This document shows, piece after piece, positions 1 through 12,100 of a DNA stretch of 64,000 bases (position 1 is the first letter of the stretch; the number at the start of each line of letters is the position of its first letter). The notes under the pieces are model-generated. The model did not search any database. It saw nothing but the letters and a program-made list of their open reading frames with translations, and was not told the DNA's origin. Position numbers and translations under genes: made by a program. The DNA lies in contig CAWJTV010000019.1 in the NCBI GenBank assembly GCA_963845755.1, positions 320,001-384,000 of the forward strand, given 5' to 3'. Source of the DNA: an uncultured Planctomycetota bacterium. Its GTDB lineage: Bacteria; Planctomycetota; Planctomycetia; Isosphaerales; Isosphaeraceae.

Positions 1-402
1 ACAGCCTCTCTCGCAAGATCGGCTCGTTCTCACTCGCCTCCATAACCGGCGGCCCTCGGCCCCCGGAACGGCCCCGACCTCAACGCCTCGTCGTCATTTG
101 GCCTGTTCTTGCGCCTCAGCCGTAGGGCTGCCACTGACACGAGACCGATAGTCCCGAGGATCAAGCTCGATGGCTCGGGGACGGATGATATGACGGATGC
201 CACAACGAATTGGTCGCCGGAGTCTGAGAATGGTGCACCCGAGTAAACTGTTGAGGTTCCGATTGGCGTAGGTGGGTGAATGGTCGATAGCCCTGCGAGA
301 GTCTCGGGCGAGTCAGAGCTTTGAAACCCGAACTGCGCCGAGTCTCCCGGTGCCATGAGAGATCCAGCCGGCGCGATGAACTGGATGGAATAACCATCGC
401 CC

Positions 403-1510
403 TATAGTGGACCCCAAAAGGTGGACCACTCAGGCCACCTGCATTTGTTAAGGCTTTTCCCCCTTCAGCCCTCCGTTTAACCCGGCCCGATGGACCTCGC
501 CTGGGGTCCGGTAATCGAGTGATTGATGGGGACGCTCCTCATCGTAGAACCAGAAGTAGGACCTCAAGCCCGACTCTAGCTCTGGAACTCGTTCATACTC
601 TTTGATGTATATGTCTTCGTATTTTACACTCCTCCACAGCCGCTCCACGAACACGTTGTCCAACGCCCGCCCCCGACCGTCCCGGCTCACCGCGATCCCG
701 GCCTCCTCCAGGCGGCTGGTGTACTCCTGCGCCGTGAACTGGGACCCCTGGTCGGTGTTGAAGATCTCCGGCCGGCCCAGCGACAACGCCTCGTCGAGGG
801 CCTCCAGGCAGAATCGCCCCTCCAGTGTATTCGACAGCCGCCACGAGAGCACATACCGGCTGAACCAGTCGATCACCGCCGTCAGGTACATGAAACCATG
901 ACGCATCGGAATATATGTGATGTCTGAACTCCAGACCTCGTTGACGTGGGTCAGCACCCGATCGCGGAGCAAGTACGGGTAGACCCGCGCGTCCGATGCG
1001 ATGGTGGTGGTCCGCGGCCTGGGGAAGAGCGCCTCCAGGCCCATCAAAGCCATGAGTCGCTGGACCCGCTTGCGATTGACCGTCTCCCCAGAACGCTCCA
1101 AAATCGCCGTCATCCGCCGGCTGCCGTAGAACGGGGTTTTGAGGAACTGCTCGTCGATCAGCCGCATCACGCGCAGGTTCTCCTCCGACTCGACAGCCGG
1201 TGGGAGATAGTAGCTCGATCGGTTGAGACCCAGCAGTTCGCATTGTCTACGGATGCTCAGATGACTATCGGATGGATCGATCAGGGGCCGCTTGAGGTCA
1301 GCCGCCGCGGGCAGCTTTTTTTTTCAACCACTCGACCTCCATCTTGAGCCGGCCGATCTGCTCGTACAGCTCGGCTTGGATCGCCTGGCTCTCGTCGTGG
1401 TCGCGGCGGCGTCCGTCCTGGAAGAGGGATTCGATCCCGTCCAGGAGTTGCTTCTTCCACTGGCTGATCTGGACCGAGTGGACGTGAAAGGTCGTGGACA
1501 GCTCGGCCAC
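403..1510 (-). mobile_element. IS3-family insertion sequence with its left end deleted
   Basis: Contains an orfA remnant (VAELSTTFHVHSVQISQWKKQLL...WLKKKAA), an A9 run at 1316-1324, and an orfB integrase core. A putative right terminal repeat TATAGTGGACCCCAAAAGGTGGACC starts at 403; no matching left end is present. Confidence 0.88.
448..1317 (-). CDS. IS3 transposase OrfB (HTH_21 + rve DDE domain)
   Basis: Motifs FYGSRRM, WSSDITYI, FNTDQGSQFT, DNVFVERLWRSVKYE and RPHQSLDYRTP. The frame stays open upstream (LPAAADLKRPLIDPSDSHLSIRRQCELLGL) to the A9 run. Confidence 0.92.
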   Translation of the reverse strand, partial: KLPAAADLKRPLIDPSDSHLSIRRQCELLGLNRSSYYLPPAVESEENLRVMRLIDEQFLKTPFYGSRRMTAILERSGETVNRKRVQRLMALMGLEALFPRPRTTTIASDARVYPYLLRDRVLTHVNEVWSSDITYIPMRHGFMYLTAVIDWFSRYVLSWRLSNTLEGRFCLEALDEALSLGRPEIFNTDQGSQFTAQEYTSRLEEAGIAVSRDGRGRALDNVFVERLWRSVKYEDIYIKEYERVPELESGLRSYFWFYDEERPHQSLDYRTPGEVHRAGLNGGLKGEKP

Positions 1511-2876
1511 CGGAGGTGGGCCGTCTGTGAGATTCATCGCCCAACCGGCGGGCGCAGAGAAGTTGGTCGGTAGGCTGGGAAGATAACCCTGACCGGGAAT
1601 CCACGAGTACCAAAAAGTACCGATAGTTGTCGTACCCGTGTCCGTCAGCGTGATCGTGTAGTCCCAGTTGGCGCCGTCGGGGGTCGCGGTCATCACCCCG
1701 CTAGCGGAAAGTCCGGCAGACGCGGGTGCCGTGAGCATACCGAGAGCCGCCAGAACTGTTCCCAAGGCGATGATTCTCTTCATGATGCCTCCTGATTCTC
1801 GTCAATGTCGGGGGAATGGAAGCCGCACTTCACCTTCTACGGCTTTGCCTGATCGTTCGCGCCGAATCAACTTAGGGTGACGTGACCCGGCAGGGCGCGG
1901 GCCGATCCTGACCCGCGCCCATTCCTCCGTTGGTTTGTTTGCGGGCAGTGCTGTCACTTGTTAAGAGTGCCGCGCCACGTTAGACGAGTTACGGTTTTTG
2001 AGAAATTCTTTGGTCAATCTTGCGAACTATCGGCGACGGTGCCGATACGAGCAGGCCATTGTTCGACTCTTGCGAGCATCCTCATTCGCGCAATCGGGTT
2101 CGCCGGCTCCTCGGGCACCTGCCAGGTCTCGCCTATATTGATTGGAAGTCTCTGTCACCCAACTATGCCTTTTCTATATAAAATCATAAATACATATAAT
2201 AGTTTATTAGACACTTAGCGTGCTCAGGATTCAGGGTCCCAGAATCATTTCCTCCACATGAAATCTTGAATCTCGAATCCCGATTTGGTTGCGGCCAGGG
2301 ACTGCGTGAGGTTCGTCCGAACCTCGTCTCGAATCGCACATTTCATCGCCGGGCTCGGTTCTGACATGGTCTGCCTCTTCGGGTCGATTCTGTCCGTTCC
2401 CGAGCCGTCCTCGATGGTCCTGAGTTTGTTTGCCGCAGGGTTACAGGCCGCGCGGTGACGATGGAAGCACCGCGGATTGCCATGCACTGCGGATTAACCA
2501 GACTCACTCTTTTCCCATCGTTGGCGGCCGCGCCTGCACGACGGCGTGCGTCGATCGTCGCTTGCCGAATTTTTTTCGGGCACGACGAAGATTTCTGTAA
2601 CCGCTCGGGATCGAGCCGTCTCTCTAAGGATTAGGTTGTAATACCCCTACAACTGGTTTCCAACTTTCAGAATTCAACCAATCTCGTCCGACGGAGACGA
2701 TTGAGACGGAATCTCGGAGATCCCGAAGGTTGAATGTCGAGGGCTGATCGGGCAATTCCACCCGCGGCGCAATCCCTGCGAAGGGGGCGGCGAGGCGGCC
2801 CTGTTGTCGATTTGCGGACAGATCACGGTCGCGCCGGGCGTTCAAGAGCGGCCGGCGTCGAAGGAGGACTACGCGC

Positions 2877-4052
2877 ATGCAACCGACTGTACGTCAACTC
2901 ACATCGATCGCGTTCACTCTTCTGATCGTCGCGAGCACGTCTCGGGCTCAAAACAGCTATACCCAGACGAACCTGGTCGCGGACAGTTCGAGTGCGGTAA
3001 CGGCAGAGGTGTACGATCCGAACTTGATCAACCCCTGGGGAGTCTCTTTCAGCAGCACCAGCCCGCTTTGGGTCTCCAACCAGGGAACCGGAACGTCAAC
3101 ACTCTATAACTTTTCCGGCAAGACCCCCACGATTGTGTCGCTCGTCGTGCCGATCCCGAACGCGGGTGGCGCCGCTCCAAGTGACGCAAATGGTCCGACG
3201 GGCCAGGTGAGCACCAGCGCGCCGGGGATCACGACGCTCTCGACGGACTTCAATTTCAGCAGTGGTGGCACCACCGGCAAAGCCGCCTTCATCTTCGACA
3301 ACTTGGACGGCACGATCTCGGCGTGGAAGGGGGGGGCGGCGCAGATCGTTGCGTCGGTCAACGGCGCCTCGTTCACTGGACTCGCGATCGGGAACACGTC
3401 CGGCGGTGCTGCCCAGATTTACGCCGCCGACCAGAACAGCAACAACGTCTACATCTACAACAGTAGCTGGTCACAGGTGGGATCGCTCAAGGACCCCAAC
3501 CTCCCTGCTAACTCCCCCTACACGGCGTTCAACGTCCAGAACATCGGGGGCACCCTCTACGTCACCTACGCGAACCCGAACAATCCCCTGGGCGGCATCG
3601 TGGATGAATTCAACACGGACGGCACTTTTCTCAAGCGGCTGATCGACGACTCGACCGTCGGTGCTAACACGCATCTGGACACACCTTGGGGAGTCGCCAT
3701 TGCGCCGACGAATTGGGGCTCGTTTGGCGGCGATCTGCTCGTGGGCAACAACGACGGCGATGGCACCATCAACGCCTATAACTCGAGCGGAGTTTGGCAA
3801 GGCCAAATCATGCTCACCAACGGTCAGCCCTTCAGCGAGAGCGAGCTCTGGGCCATCTACTTTGGTACCGGTGGAGGCTCCGGCAACCCCAACACCCTCT
3901 ATTTCGTCGCCGGGCTTCCCGGCGCGACGGACGGCCTCATCGGGGGGCTCTCCATCCCCGAGCCGAGTTCGGCGGTGTTGGGGCTCATCGCAATGGGGAT
4001 CGTGGCAGCGGGGTGGCGATGGAGGAATCGCCGGCACCTTCCAACCACCTGA
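2877..4052 (+). CDS. TIGR03118-family PEP-CTERM protein
   Basis: Signal peptide; YTQTNLVAD..DPNLINPWGVSFS..PLWVSNQGTGTSTLY; FNVQNIGGTLYVTYA; PWGVAIAP; C-terminal IPEPSSAVLGLIAMGIVAAGWRWRNRR; GGAGGA RBS. Confidence 0.9.
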   Translation: MQPTVRQLTSIAFTLLIVASTSRAQNSYTQTNLVADSSSAVTAEVYDPNLINPWGVSFSSTSPLWVSNQGTGTSTLYNFSGKTPTIVSLVVPIPNAGGAAPSDANGPTGQVSTSAPGITTLSTDFNFSSGGTTGKAAFIFDNLDGTISAWKGGAAQIVASVNGASFTGLAIGNTSGGAAQIYAADQNSNNVYIYNSSWSQVGSLKDPNLPANSPYTAFNVQNIGGTLYVTYANPNNPLGGIVDEFNTDGTFLKRLIDDSTVGANTHLDTPWGVAIAPTNWGSFGGDLLVGNNDGDGTINAYNSSGVWQGQIMLTNGQPFSESELWAIYFGTGGGSGNPNTLYFVAGLPGATDGLIGGLSIPEPSSAVLGLIAMGIVAAGWRWRNRRHLPTT

Positions 4053-4730
4053 TTGATACGGGCGCCGGCGGTCTTGGTTCCCTGATCCCAGCGAACCTTC
4101 CATCCTCAACGAGCGGATCAGAGCCCTTACAGCAGGACGGGGACGGGCACTCGGCCGCATCGCTTCCGGTCGAACGACAACCGAGGCGAGAGGCCGGGGG
4201 TCGGTCCCCGTTTTCCTCGACGCGTCCCGCGAGCCGCACGATCGATAGATAGACCACGCCCCCGGGAAGATGGCTCATTCCCTGCGCCGAGGCGGACAAT
4301 GATGGTCCATCGGCAGCACCGGTGCCGTCACGGCCGACACATCACATCGCTAGAACGGTTATCGCTTGCCGGGCATACGGCCAAGGCAAACGAGGACTGG
4401 CTCTCGGCCATGAACGGGAACCATCGGATTCGGGCCGGGCGCCAGTCGGTCGGGTGCTTGGCACCTTTTTCCGGTCGCTCACCCCAAGTTTGATGCGATC
4501 GAAGGGTCTGTTTCGAGAGTGATCGTTGGCAGGGAAGCCCTTGCCGGGTCGGCGGCATTGCGATTCCACCATGTCTTACGCCTTCGTATCGACCTTCTCC
4601 CCGAGACGGGCTCTTGAAACCGACTCCAAGCAAAATGGCTCGCGTGCTTTCCAAGATCCGGGGGAAGGTTGTAACCGTGGGGCTGGGCGGAGGCACGATT
4701 AATGCAGAGGGAAATTCAGGAGCCGCCAAC

Positions 4731-5756
4731 ATGGCCAGTATCGTCGCGAATAGGCTGATCCGTCACGAGATGGCGTGGAACGCAGCGGAGTTGTCCGACG
4801 AGGACCTGCTGAATCAATACTTGAACGGGATGGAGGCGGACTCCCAGCAAGCGTTCCGGGAGTTGGTGGTGCGCCACGGGCCGATGGTGCTGGGAATCTG
4901 CCGACATGTGCTCAACCAGACCCAGGACGCCGAGGACGCGTTCCAGGCGACATTCCTTGTGCTGGCGCGGAAGGGGGCTACTATCCGGGATCACCGCGTT
5001 CTCTCGGGTTGGCTACACGAGGTCGCCTATCGCCTCGCCGCCAAGCTGCGCACCAGAACGGAACGCCGTCGCGCCCTCGAAAGGCAGGGCATGGCTATGC
5101 TACCTTCAGCGATCGAGCCAGACGATCAGGGCGAGCGAGCGGCCTGGAACGAGCTGCGGCCGGTCTTGCATGAAGAGGTCAACCGGCTGCCGGAGAAGTA
5201 CCGGATCCCGGTGATCCTGAGCTACCTCGAAGGCAAGACCAACGAGGAAGTTGCCGAGCTGTTGCACTGGCCGGTGGGGACGGTCAAGGGGCGGTTGTCG
5301 CGGGCGCGCGATCTGCTCCGGTCGCGGTTGACCAAGCGCGGACTGGCCTTGTCGGCGGCCTTCCTGATGACGTCCCTGTCACGCGGTCGGGTCTTTGCCG
5401 AGGTCGTCCCGTCCGACCTGATCCAGAGAACGGTGCGCATGGCCCTCTCACCCGGTTCACTTTCGGCCCTGCCGGATCCATCACCAACGTCGCCGCCGGA
5501 CGAGGATTTTCCGGGTGCTGATCCTCTAGCGAGCCTCGAGTCGACAAACACCCTCGTCCGCAGTTCGGCCATCGCCTCCCGGATCGCGCTCATCGTGTCG
5601 CTGTTCCTCCTCTTTTCCTTCGCGTTGGCGATCGGAATCACCCTGGCCGTGATGAGCACGGGGGGGAGTTTCTCGGACGTACGCTCGCTGCTGGGGAGTT
5701 TCTTCGACGTCCGCGCGCTCCTCCCCTGGCGAAACGGCCCCCCTCATTGCCTGTGA
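4731..5756 (+). CDS. ECF RNA polymerase sigma factor with a C-terminal extension containing a transmembrane helix
   Basis: Sigma2 region (AFRELVVRHGPMVLGICRHVL..DAEDAFQATFLVLARK) and sigma4 region (LPEKYRIPVILSYLEGKTNEEVAELLHWPVGTVKGRLSRAR). Hydrophobic C-terminal segment. AGGAG lies upstream of the ATG at 4731. Confidence 0.9.
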   Translation: MASIVANRLIRHEMAWNAAELSDEDLLNQYLNGMEADSQQAFRELVVRHGPMVLGICRHVLNQTQDAEDAFQATFLVLARKGATIRDHRVLSGWLHEVAYRLAAKLRTRTERRRALERQGMAMLPSAIEPDDQGERAAWNELRPVLHEEVNRLPEKYRIPVILSYLEGKTNEEVAELLHWPVGTVKGRLSRARDLLRSRLTKRGLALSAAFLMTSLSRGRVFAEVVPSDLIQRTVRMALSPGSLSALPDPSPTSPPDEDFPGADPLASLESTNTLVRSSAIASRIALIVSLFLLFSFALAIGITLAVMSTGGSFSDVRSLLGSFFDVRALLPWRNGPPHCL

Positions 5757-6174
5757 CGGCCCGTTCGGGCACACCGCGGCCAGTCCGACGCCCAGAAGCC
5801 GTTTCTTGCCGTCCCCCAGGATCGGCCGAACTGAACTTGGGTCGGCTGAGTTCAACCTCCACGATCGCGAGCGGCAGCGAGCGGGCGGACCTCGTTCGGT
5901 GCGCTAGTTCTGGCGGCGTCGCCGGCCGGACCCCTGCCAGCCGGTGAACTGAACAAGTCGACAGGATTGGCGGGGTTGCCGCCTGAAGGGCGACGGCCCC
6001 GCGTCACGAGGGCTCGTGATCCTGCGAATCGATCTGCTGGGGAGCGGTCCGCGCCCATTTTCCGGGCTGAATAGGATGACCGGCTGGAACGTCTAGCTTC
6101 AACGGCCGGAAAGGGCATCGTCCCGATCGAGGCCCGGCCGATCTCACCGCGATCCCAGCCCGAGAGGACAGACG

Positions 6175-9100
6175 ATGTGTCCGCGCACTCACACCCGGCC
6201 CCGCTGCGCACCGTGCCAACGATGGGGTATCGTTCTCACTCTCGCGATCTTTGGTGCGTGGGAGCCGGCCGGCCTCGCTCGGCCGGATGATCTGGTCGCC
6301 CCACGCGAGGCGTTGGCTCCGATCGCGCCGACTCTGCCCGAGGCGATACTGGCCGCGATTCAGGAATCGCGGGCCGCCGCCGTTGAGGGCCTCGATCGCC
6401 TGATCCAGGACGATAAGCGGAGTGCGGATGATCGGGCGTTCTTCGCCTGGATCAAAGGGATCGCCCTGCGCCGGGGCCGCCGGCTCGACGAGGCGGCGGC
6501 CACCCTCGGCGCGGCACTCGCGGCTTTCCCGAGCTCGGCCTGGATGGGGAAGTTGCGCGCCGAGCTGGCCGCGGTGGAGCTGGCACGCAAGCGGCCCGCC
6601 GAGGCCGAACGGCTGGCCCGCGCCGAGGTCGAGGCGCTCCTGAGCCGCGGCCGGAAGGACGGGCTCGCTGCCGTCGTCGAAGGGTTCGCCCGCCGGCTCC
6701 TGGAGCCCGGCGACCCCCTCGTCAAGCCCGATCCCGAAGGCGCCTATACCCTGCTGACCCTGGCGCGCGCGCTCGCCAAGGGAGACGAGGCGCGGGCCCG
6801 GATCCTCTTGCAGATGATCCGGGCGAGCCGGTTGGCACAGAACCTCTCGCGCGAGGCCACCGACTTGCAGACGTACCTGACCGACTATCCACGCGGGGCC
6901 GCCCGCGCACGCGTGAGCTTCGAGGTGGGAGTCAACCTGCACGCTCAGTCGAAGTGGGCCGAGGCTCGGGCGCGCTGGTCGGCCCTCATTCGTGATCTTG
7001 AGGGCAAGCCGGACGCGGCCGCGCGGGACCTGCGGGCCCGATCTCGTTATCAGATCGGATTATCTTATCTCGTGAGTCCCAACGCCAATGACATCACGGC
7101 GTCGAACCGGATCGGCCTCGGGATCGCCGGACTGCGGCGGTTCCTCGAGTCCGATCCCGAGCATGCGCTTGCCGTGGAGGCTGCCTACCGGATCGCCGAG
7201 GCCGAGCAGGCCCTCGGGCGCAGTCAGCAGGCCCTCGACGCCTACCAGGCGTTCCTCAAGGGGGACGGCTACCGGGTCGAGACGGCCGAGGGCCGGCGTC
7301 GGCAGGTCGAGCTGGCCGCCATCGCCACGTTCCAGATCGGCGGCATCCTCCAGGGCCAGGGGAAGTTGGTCGAGGCGATCGCGACCTGGAAGGATTATCT
7401 TGCCCGATTCCCCGGTGGCATTCAGTTCGCCGAGGTCCAGCGCGCAATCCTGGACACGCAGCTACAGATCGCCGACGACCACGACGCGCACGGGCGATTT
7501 GCCGAGGCTCGCGCGGTGCGGTTGGCGTTCGTCGCTCAGAACCCACTCGATACCCGCGTCCCGCTGGCCTTGTTTCGAAACGGCCGAAGCTTGCTGGCGG
7601 AGGGACTGCCGGATCGAGCTATCGCCGCCTGGGACGAGTTGATCGGCCGGTTTCCCGGCACCGACCACGCGGCCCTGGCCCAATGGAGAATCGCCCGGGT
7701 CTTCGAGGAGAAGAAGGCCGATCCGGGCCGGGCGATCGAACGGCTCAGGCGAGTGGACCAGGACCCCTGGCAGACGAAGGCGCGCGAGCGAATCGCGATC
7801 CTGGAAGCCAAGACGCTGGAGGTCGTGACGCCCCGCCCCTTCCGATCGGGCGAAGTCCCCATGCTCCGGGTGACGACCCGGAACATCGCGTCGCTGACCG
7901 TCTCGGCCTACAAGCTCGACCCCGAGGACTATTTCCGCAAAAAGCACGCGCTCGAAGGAGTCGAGGCTCTGGACATCGATCTGGTGGCTCCCGAACACAC
8001 CTGGAGCGAGCCGGTCGCCGGTTATGCGAAGTACGTGCCGGTCGAGCGGACCATGGCACTGAAGCCGATCACTGCGCCGGGGGCCTGGGTCGTCAAGGTC
8101 AGCGATGAGTCGGCACTCCAGGCGGTGACGCTGGTCCTCGTCTCGGATCTGGAGGCGATCGTCAAGTCCTCGCGCGACCAGGTGCTGGTCTTCGTCCAGG
8201 ACATGGTAACGGGCCGGGGCCGAGCCGGGGCTCGGGTGCTGGCCGCCGATGAGCGTGAGATCCTCCTCGACGGCAAGACGGGCGGGGACGGCGTCTTGCT
8301 GGCGAGCTGGCCCAAACCGAGGGAGGCCCGCTCGAGTCTCGACTGCCTGGTCATCGACGGCCCGCACGTCGCGGCGACAGGGCTCGCCGTTCCGGGGACG
8401 GTCGCACAGGGCCTGAGTCCCCGCGCGTTCCTCTACACGGACCGGCCGGCGTATCGGCCCGGTCAGCGGGTTGCGCTTCGCGGGATTATCCGCGAGGTCG
8501 AGGCCGGCCGGTTCGCGGCGCGCCCGGGTGCGTCTTATCGCCTGGAGGTGATCGACAGCCGGGGGCGGCGGATCGCCGCGCGCGACGTGACGCTGTCGCC
8601 CTTCGGTACGTTCCACGTCGAATTCCCGATCGACTCTGCCGCGCCGGTCGGCAGGTACGGCGTCCGGGTCTACCAGCCGAACCGGAGCGACTTCGCCTCG
8701 ACATTCGAGGTCCAGGCGTACCGGCTGGCCAAGGCCACGCTGATTGTGAAATTCCCACGGCCGGTGTTCCTGCGTGGAGAGCGGGTCGAAGGAGAAGTCG
8801 TGGCCGAGAACGCGGATGGCTCGCCGCTGGCCGGTCGCCCGGTCGATGTCGAGTCTTCCCGATGGCCGGACCCTCCGCAGCTCGACCGACGCCGCCGGGC
8901 GATTCCCGTTCACCCTGAACACCGAGGGCTTCGCCGAGGAGCAGGCCCTGCGGGTCGTCGCCCGGTTGCCCGAGGATGGCATCGAGGCCGCGGCCGTCGC
9001 CGCGCTGGCCGTCCACGCCTTTGGGATCCAGGCGAAAACCACGCGGGACGTCTACTTGAGCGGCGAGCCGTTTCCGCTCCAGGTCGTCACGCTCGACGCC

Positions 9101-12100
9101 ATGGGTGACCCGACGGGCCAGGAGCTCACGGTCTCCGTGGTCAAGCGCGTGGCGATGCGCCCCGCCACGAGTCCCGATGATGGTGAGGCTCCCGGCGCGC
9201 CGGCAACCGTCACCGAGCGCGAGGTCTCTCAGACAACCGTCCGGACCGATCCCGCCACAGGCCAGGGGAACGTCACTCTCAAGGTCGAGGACCCGGAAGG
9301 CGGGCCTTTCCTGGTTCGCGTCACAGGGACCGACCGGTTCGGCAACCCGGTGATCGCCGAGCGAACCGTGAGGATCTCGGGCACAAAGGATCCGGACCGC
9401 CTCCGCCTGCTGGCGGACCGGCTGAGGTTCCGGGTTGGCGAGACGGCCAAGGTCAATCTGCACAGCCGCGGCCCTGCCGGCACGGCGCTCGTGACCTGGG
9501 AGGCCGACCGGATCCTCAAGTACCGGCTACAATCGATCCATGAAGGGGATAACCCGCTCGAATGGGAGGTCGACGGCGACGAGTTCCCGAACACCACCTT
9601 GACGGCGTCCCGTATGGAGGGTGCCGCCTTCCACCAATCGCAACTCGACCTGACGCTGGAGCGCGACCTGAAAGTGACCCTCACCCCGACGCACCCCGCG
9701 GTCGGGCCCGGCGCGGAGGTCGAGATCGACGTCACGATGCACGACCAGCTCGGACATCCAGTCGCGGCCGAGCTCTCCCTGGCGATGGTGGATCGTGCTC
9801 TGCTGCACCAGTTCGCCGATCATCTGCCTTCATTGGCCTCGGTCTTCCACGCCCAGACCCGCACCGGGGCTTTTGCAACCGAGGCGACCAACACGTTCCG
9901 TTATGCGCCGGTGGCGGTGCCTCTGGTGGCGCTCACGACGGCGAGGTACAGCGTCAGGCCGCGCTCGATGCCCAGGACGATCGTGTCTTGCGGCAAGGGG
10001 CCATCGCCCGCCGGCCCAGGGTCGTCACGCCCGATCCCCTGGGGGCGATCCGATCCGACCAGATCGCGATCAAGGGCGGAAAGGACCCCCGTAGCCAGGC
10101 GATCCTCGACATCCTCGCCGAACCGATCTCCATGCCGTTCGCTAACGAAACGCCACTCGATGATGTATTGAAATACATCAAACAGGAGACCACTACGGCC
10201 AGCCATCCCGGCCTGCCGATCTACGTCGATCCGCTGGGCCTCCAGGAGGCCGAGCGAAGCCTGAATTCCACGGTCTCCCTCGATCTGCCGGCCGTCCCAC
10301 TGCGGACGGGCTTGCGCCTGACGCTCAAGCAGCTCGGCCTGGGTTACAAGATCGAGGAGGGCGTGCTGATCATTACCTCGGAGGATTCGTTGGACCAGGA
10401 GCGCGAGGAGGCCGAGTACGAACGACGCATGGAGATGGCCCGTGCCGGAGTTCCCGTTCCGGGCATGGCCGGTATGGGCGCGGGTATGGGCGGAATGGGC
10501 GGCGGCATGATGGGTGGAATGGGCGGTAGCGGCCGGGGTAGCTGAGGCGCCCGAGCGCCGGGATGCCGGGCAAGGAGGGGGTGACGGTACAGCCGACCGA
10601 GAAGGCGGCTCAGGCGCCGCAAGCCGTCGATCGCAGCAAGGAGGAGAAAGCCCAGGTCGAGCGCGAGCGACCGACGGCGCCCAAGGCAGCAGCACCGGCC
10701 TCACCTCGCACGGAGTTCATCGAGACCGCCTACTGGAACCCGTCCGTAGTGACCGATTCGAATGGCAGGGCGCGGGTGCGGTTCCGCGCTCCGACGGCGC
10801 TGGCGGAGTACCGCCTGACGGCGCGGGGGTGACGGGCTCCGACACGCTGGTCGGCCAGTCGATCGCCGAGCTCTCGGTACGGAAGGCATTCTACGTGGAG
10901 CTGAAGGCGCCGACTCGTGCTGACCGAGGGGGACGAGCCTCGAATGCTGGCGCGGCTCCATCACCGGGGAGTCGGGGGCTCGGCGCGGGTCGTCCTCAAG
11001 GCCGGGTCCGGCGGACGCGAGGAGGTCTTTCCCCAATACGGTCGAGCTGAAGGCCGGCGGTTTGACCGAGGTCCTGTTCGAATCGTTCCGCGTGCCCGAG
11101 GCCGGCCTCGTCCGGCTGACCGTCTCGGCGAACGCCGGCGCGGGGCCGGGCGCGGTGGCCGATGAGGTCGCTGCCGAGGTGCCGGTCCGGCCCTGGGGCG
11201 TGCCGGTGTATGCAACGGCCTCGGGCCGGTCGAGCGACGACGCGACCGTGTTCGTCAGCCTCCCGCCCGGCCGGCGCTACGGAAAACCCCGAGATGCGGA
11301 TCGTCCTCTCGCCTCGGCCGGACCGGATGCTCGTCGAGCTGGCTCTGGGCGGGCCGGACGATGCATTCGGCCGCCGGTTCGGCGTGGGATGCGCCGGCAT
11401 CGGCGACCACGCTCGATCGTGCCTCGGAACTGCTCGGCGCTGACTGCGGCGTTGAGCGATCTTCGCGCATCGACGGCACGCGAGTCGGACAATGCCGGCC
11501 AGTTGACCCGGCGCATCTCGGAGCTGGTGACCGAACTGGTCAGTCTCCAGAACGAGAATGGGAGCTGGTCCTGGGTCGCCCGGAACGAGGGACTGGTGGC
11601 GAACCTCGTATCCGAGGCGATCCCCTGGTGACGGCCCGCGTCGTCTGGGCTCTCACGGCGGCCGAGTCGCTGGGCCTCGGGGCCGATCCCGCGGTGATGG
11701 ACCTGGCGGCGCGGTCTCTCGAGCAGGCGATGGCCCGGCTGGATGCCGGCGACTACGTCGCCCGGGCCGGCGTGCTCCATGCCCTGAGCCTGCGGAACCA
11801 GGCCCGGTTCGAGTCGGTCAACGCCCTCTACCGCGACCGGGGGAGTTTGTCCGAGACCGGCGCTGGCCTACCTGGCGATGACCCTGGCGCGGCTCGGACA
11901 CTCCGCGCCGGCCGAAGAGGTGCTGAACATCCTGGCCCAGCGGGCGAAGACCGAGCCGGCCGGCGCGGGGCAGCCGATGCGCCGATACTGGTCGGACACC
12001 ACGGCGGATGTCCCGGCACGGCAGCACGGTCGAGACCACGGCACTGGTCGCGCTGGCCTTCAGCCGGATTCGGCCCGCCTCGCCGAATCTGGCCGCGGCC

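Larger units (their letters stand above)
30..1783 (-). pseudogene. PEP-CTERM secreted protein interrupted by an IS3 element (5' part 1511-1783, 3' part 30-402)
   Basis: The 5' part has an AGGAGG RBS and a signal peptide (MKRIIALGTVLAALGMLTAPASA) and runs to ...NLTDGPPP. The 3' part resumes with GDGYSIQFIAPAGSLMAPGDS... and ends VPEPSSLILGTIGLVSVAALRLRRK. The two halves rejoin in frame (CCT CCG GGC GAT) when 403-1510 is removed, allowing for a 1-2 nt overlap. Confidence 0.85.

Noticed and set aside
1875..1945. c-di-GMP-I riboswitch upstream of the disrupted PEP-CTERM gene
   Set aside because: GCAAAC, GGGCGC and GCCGGGT fragments are present on the minus strand, but the GNRA-capped P2 stem and the GCAAAG junction are missing. 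Only a simple GGGCGCGGG/CCCGCGCCC hairpin is supported.
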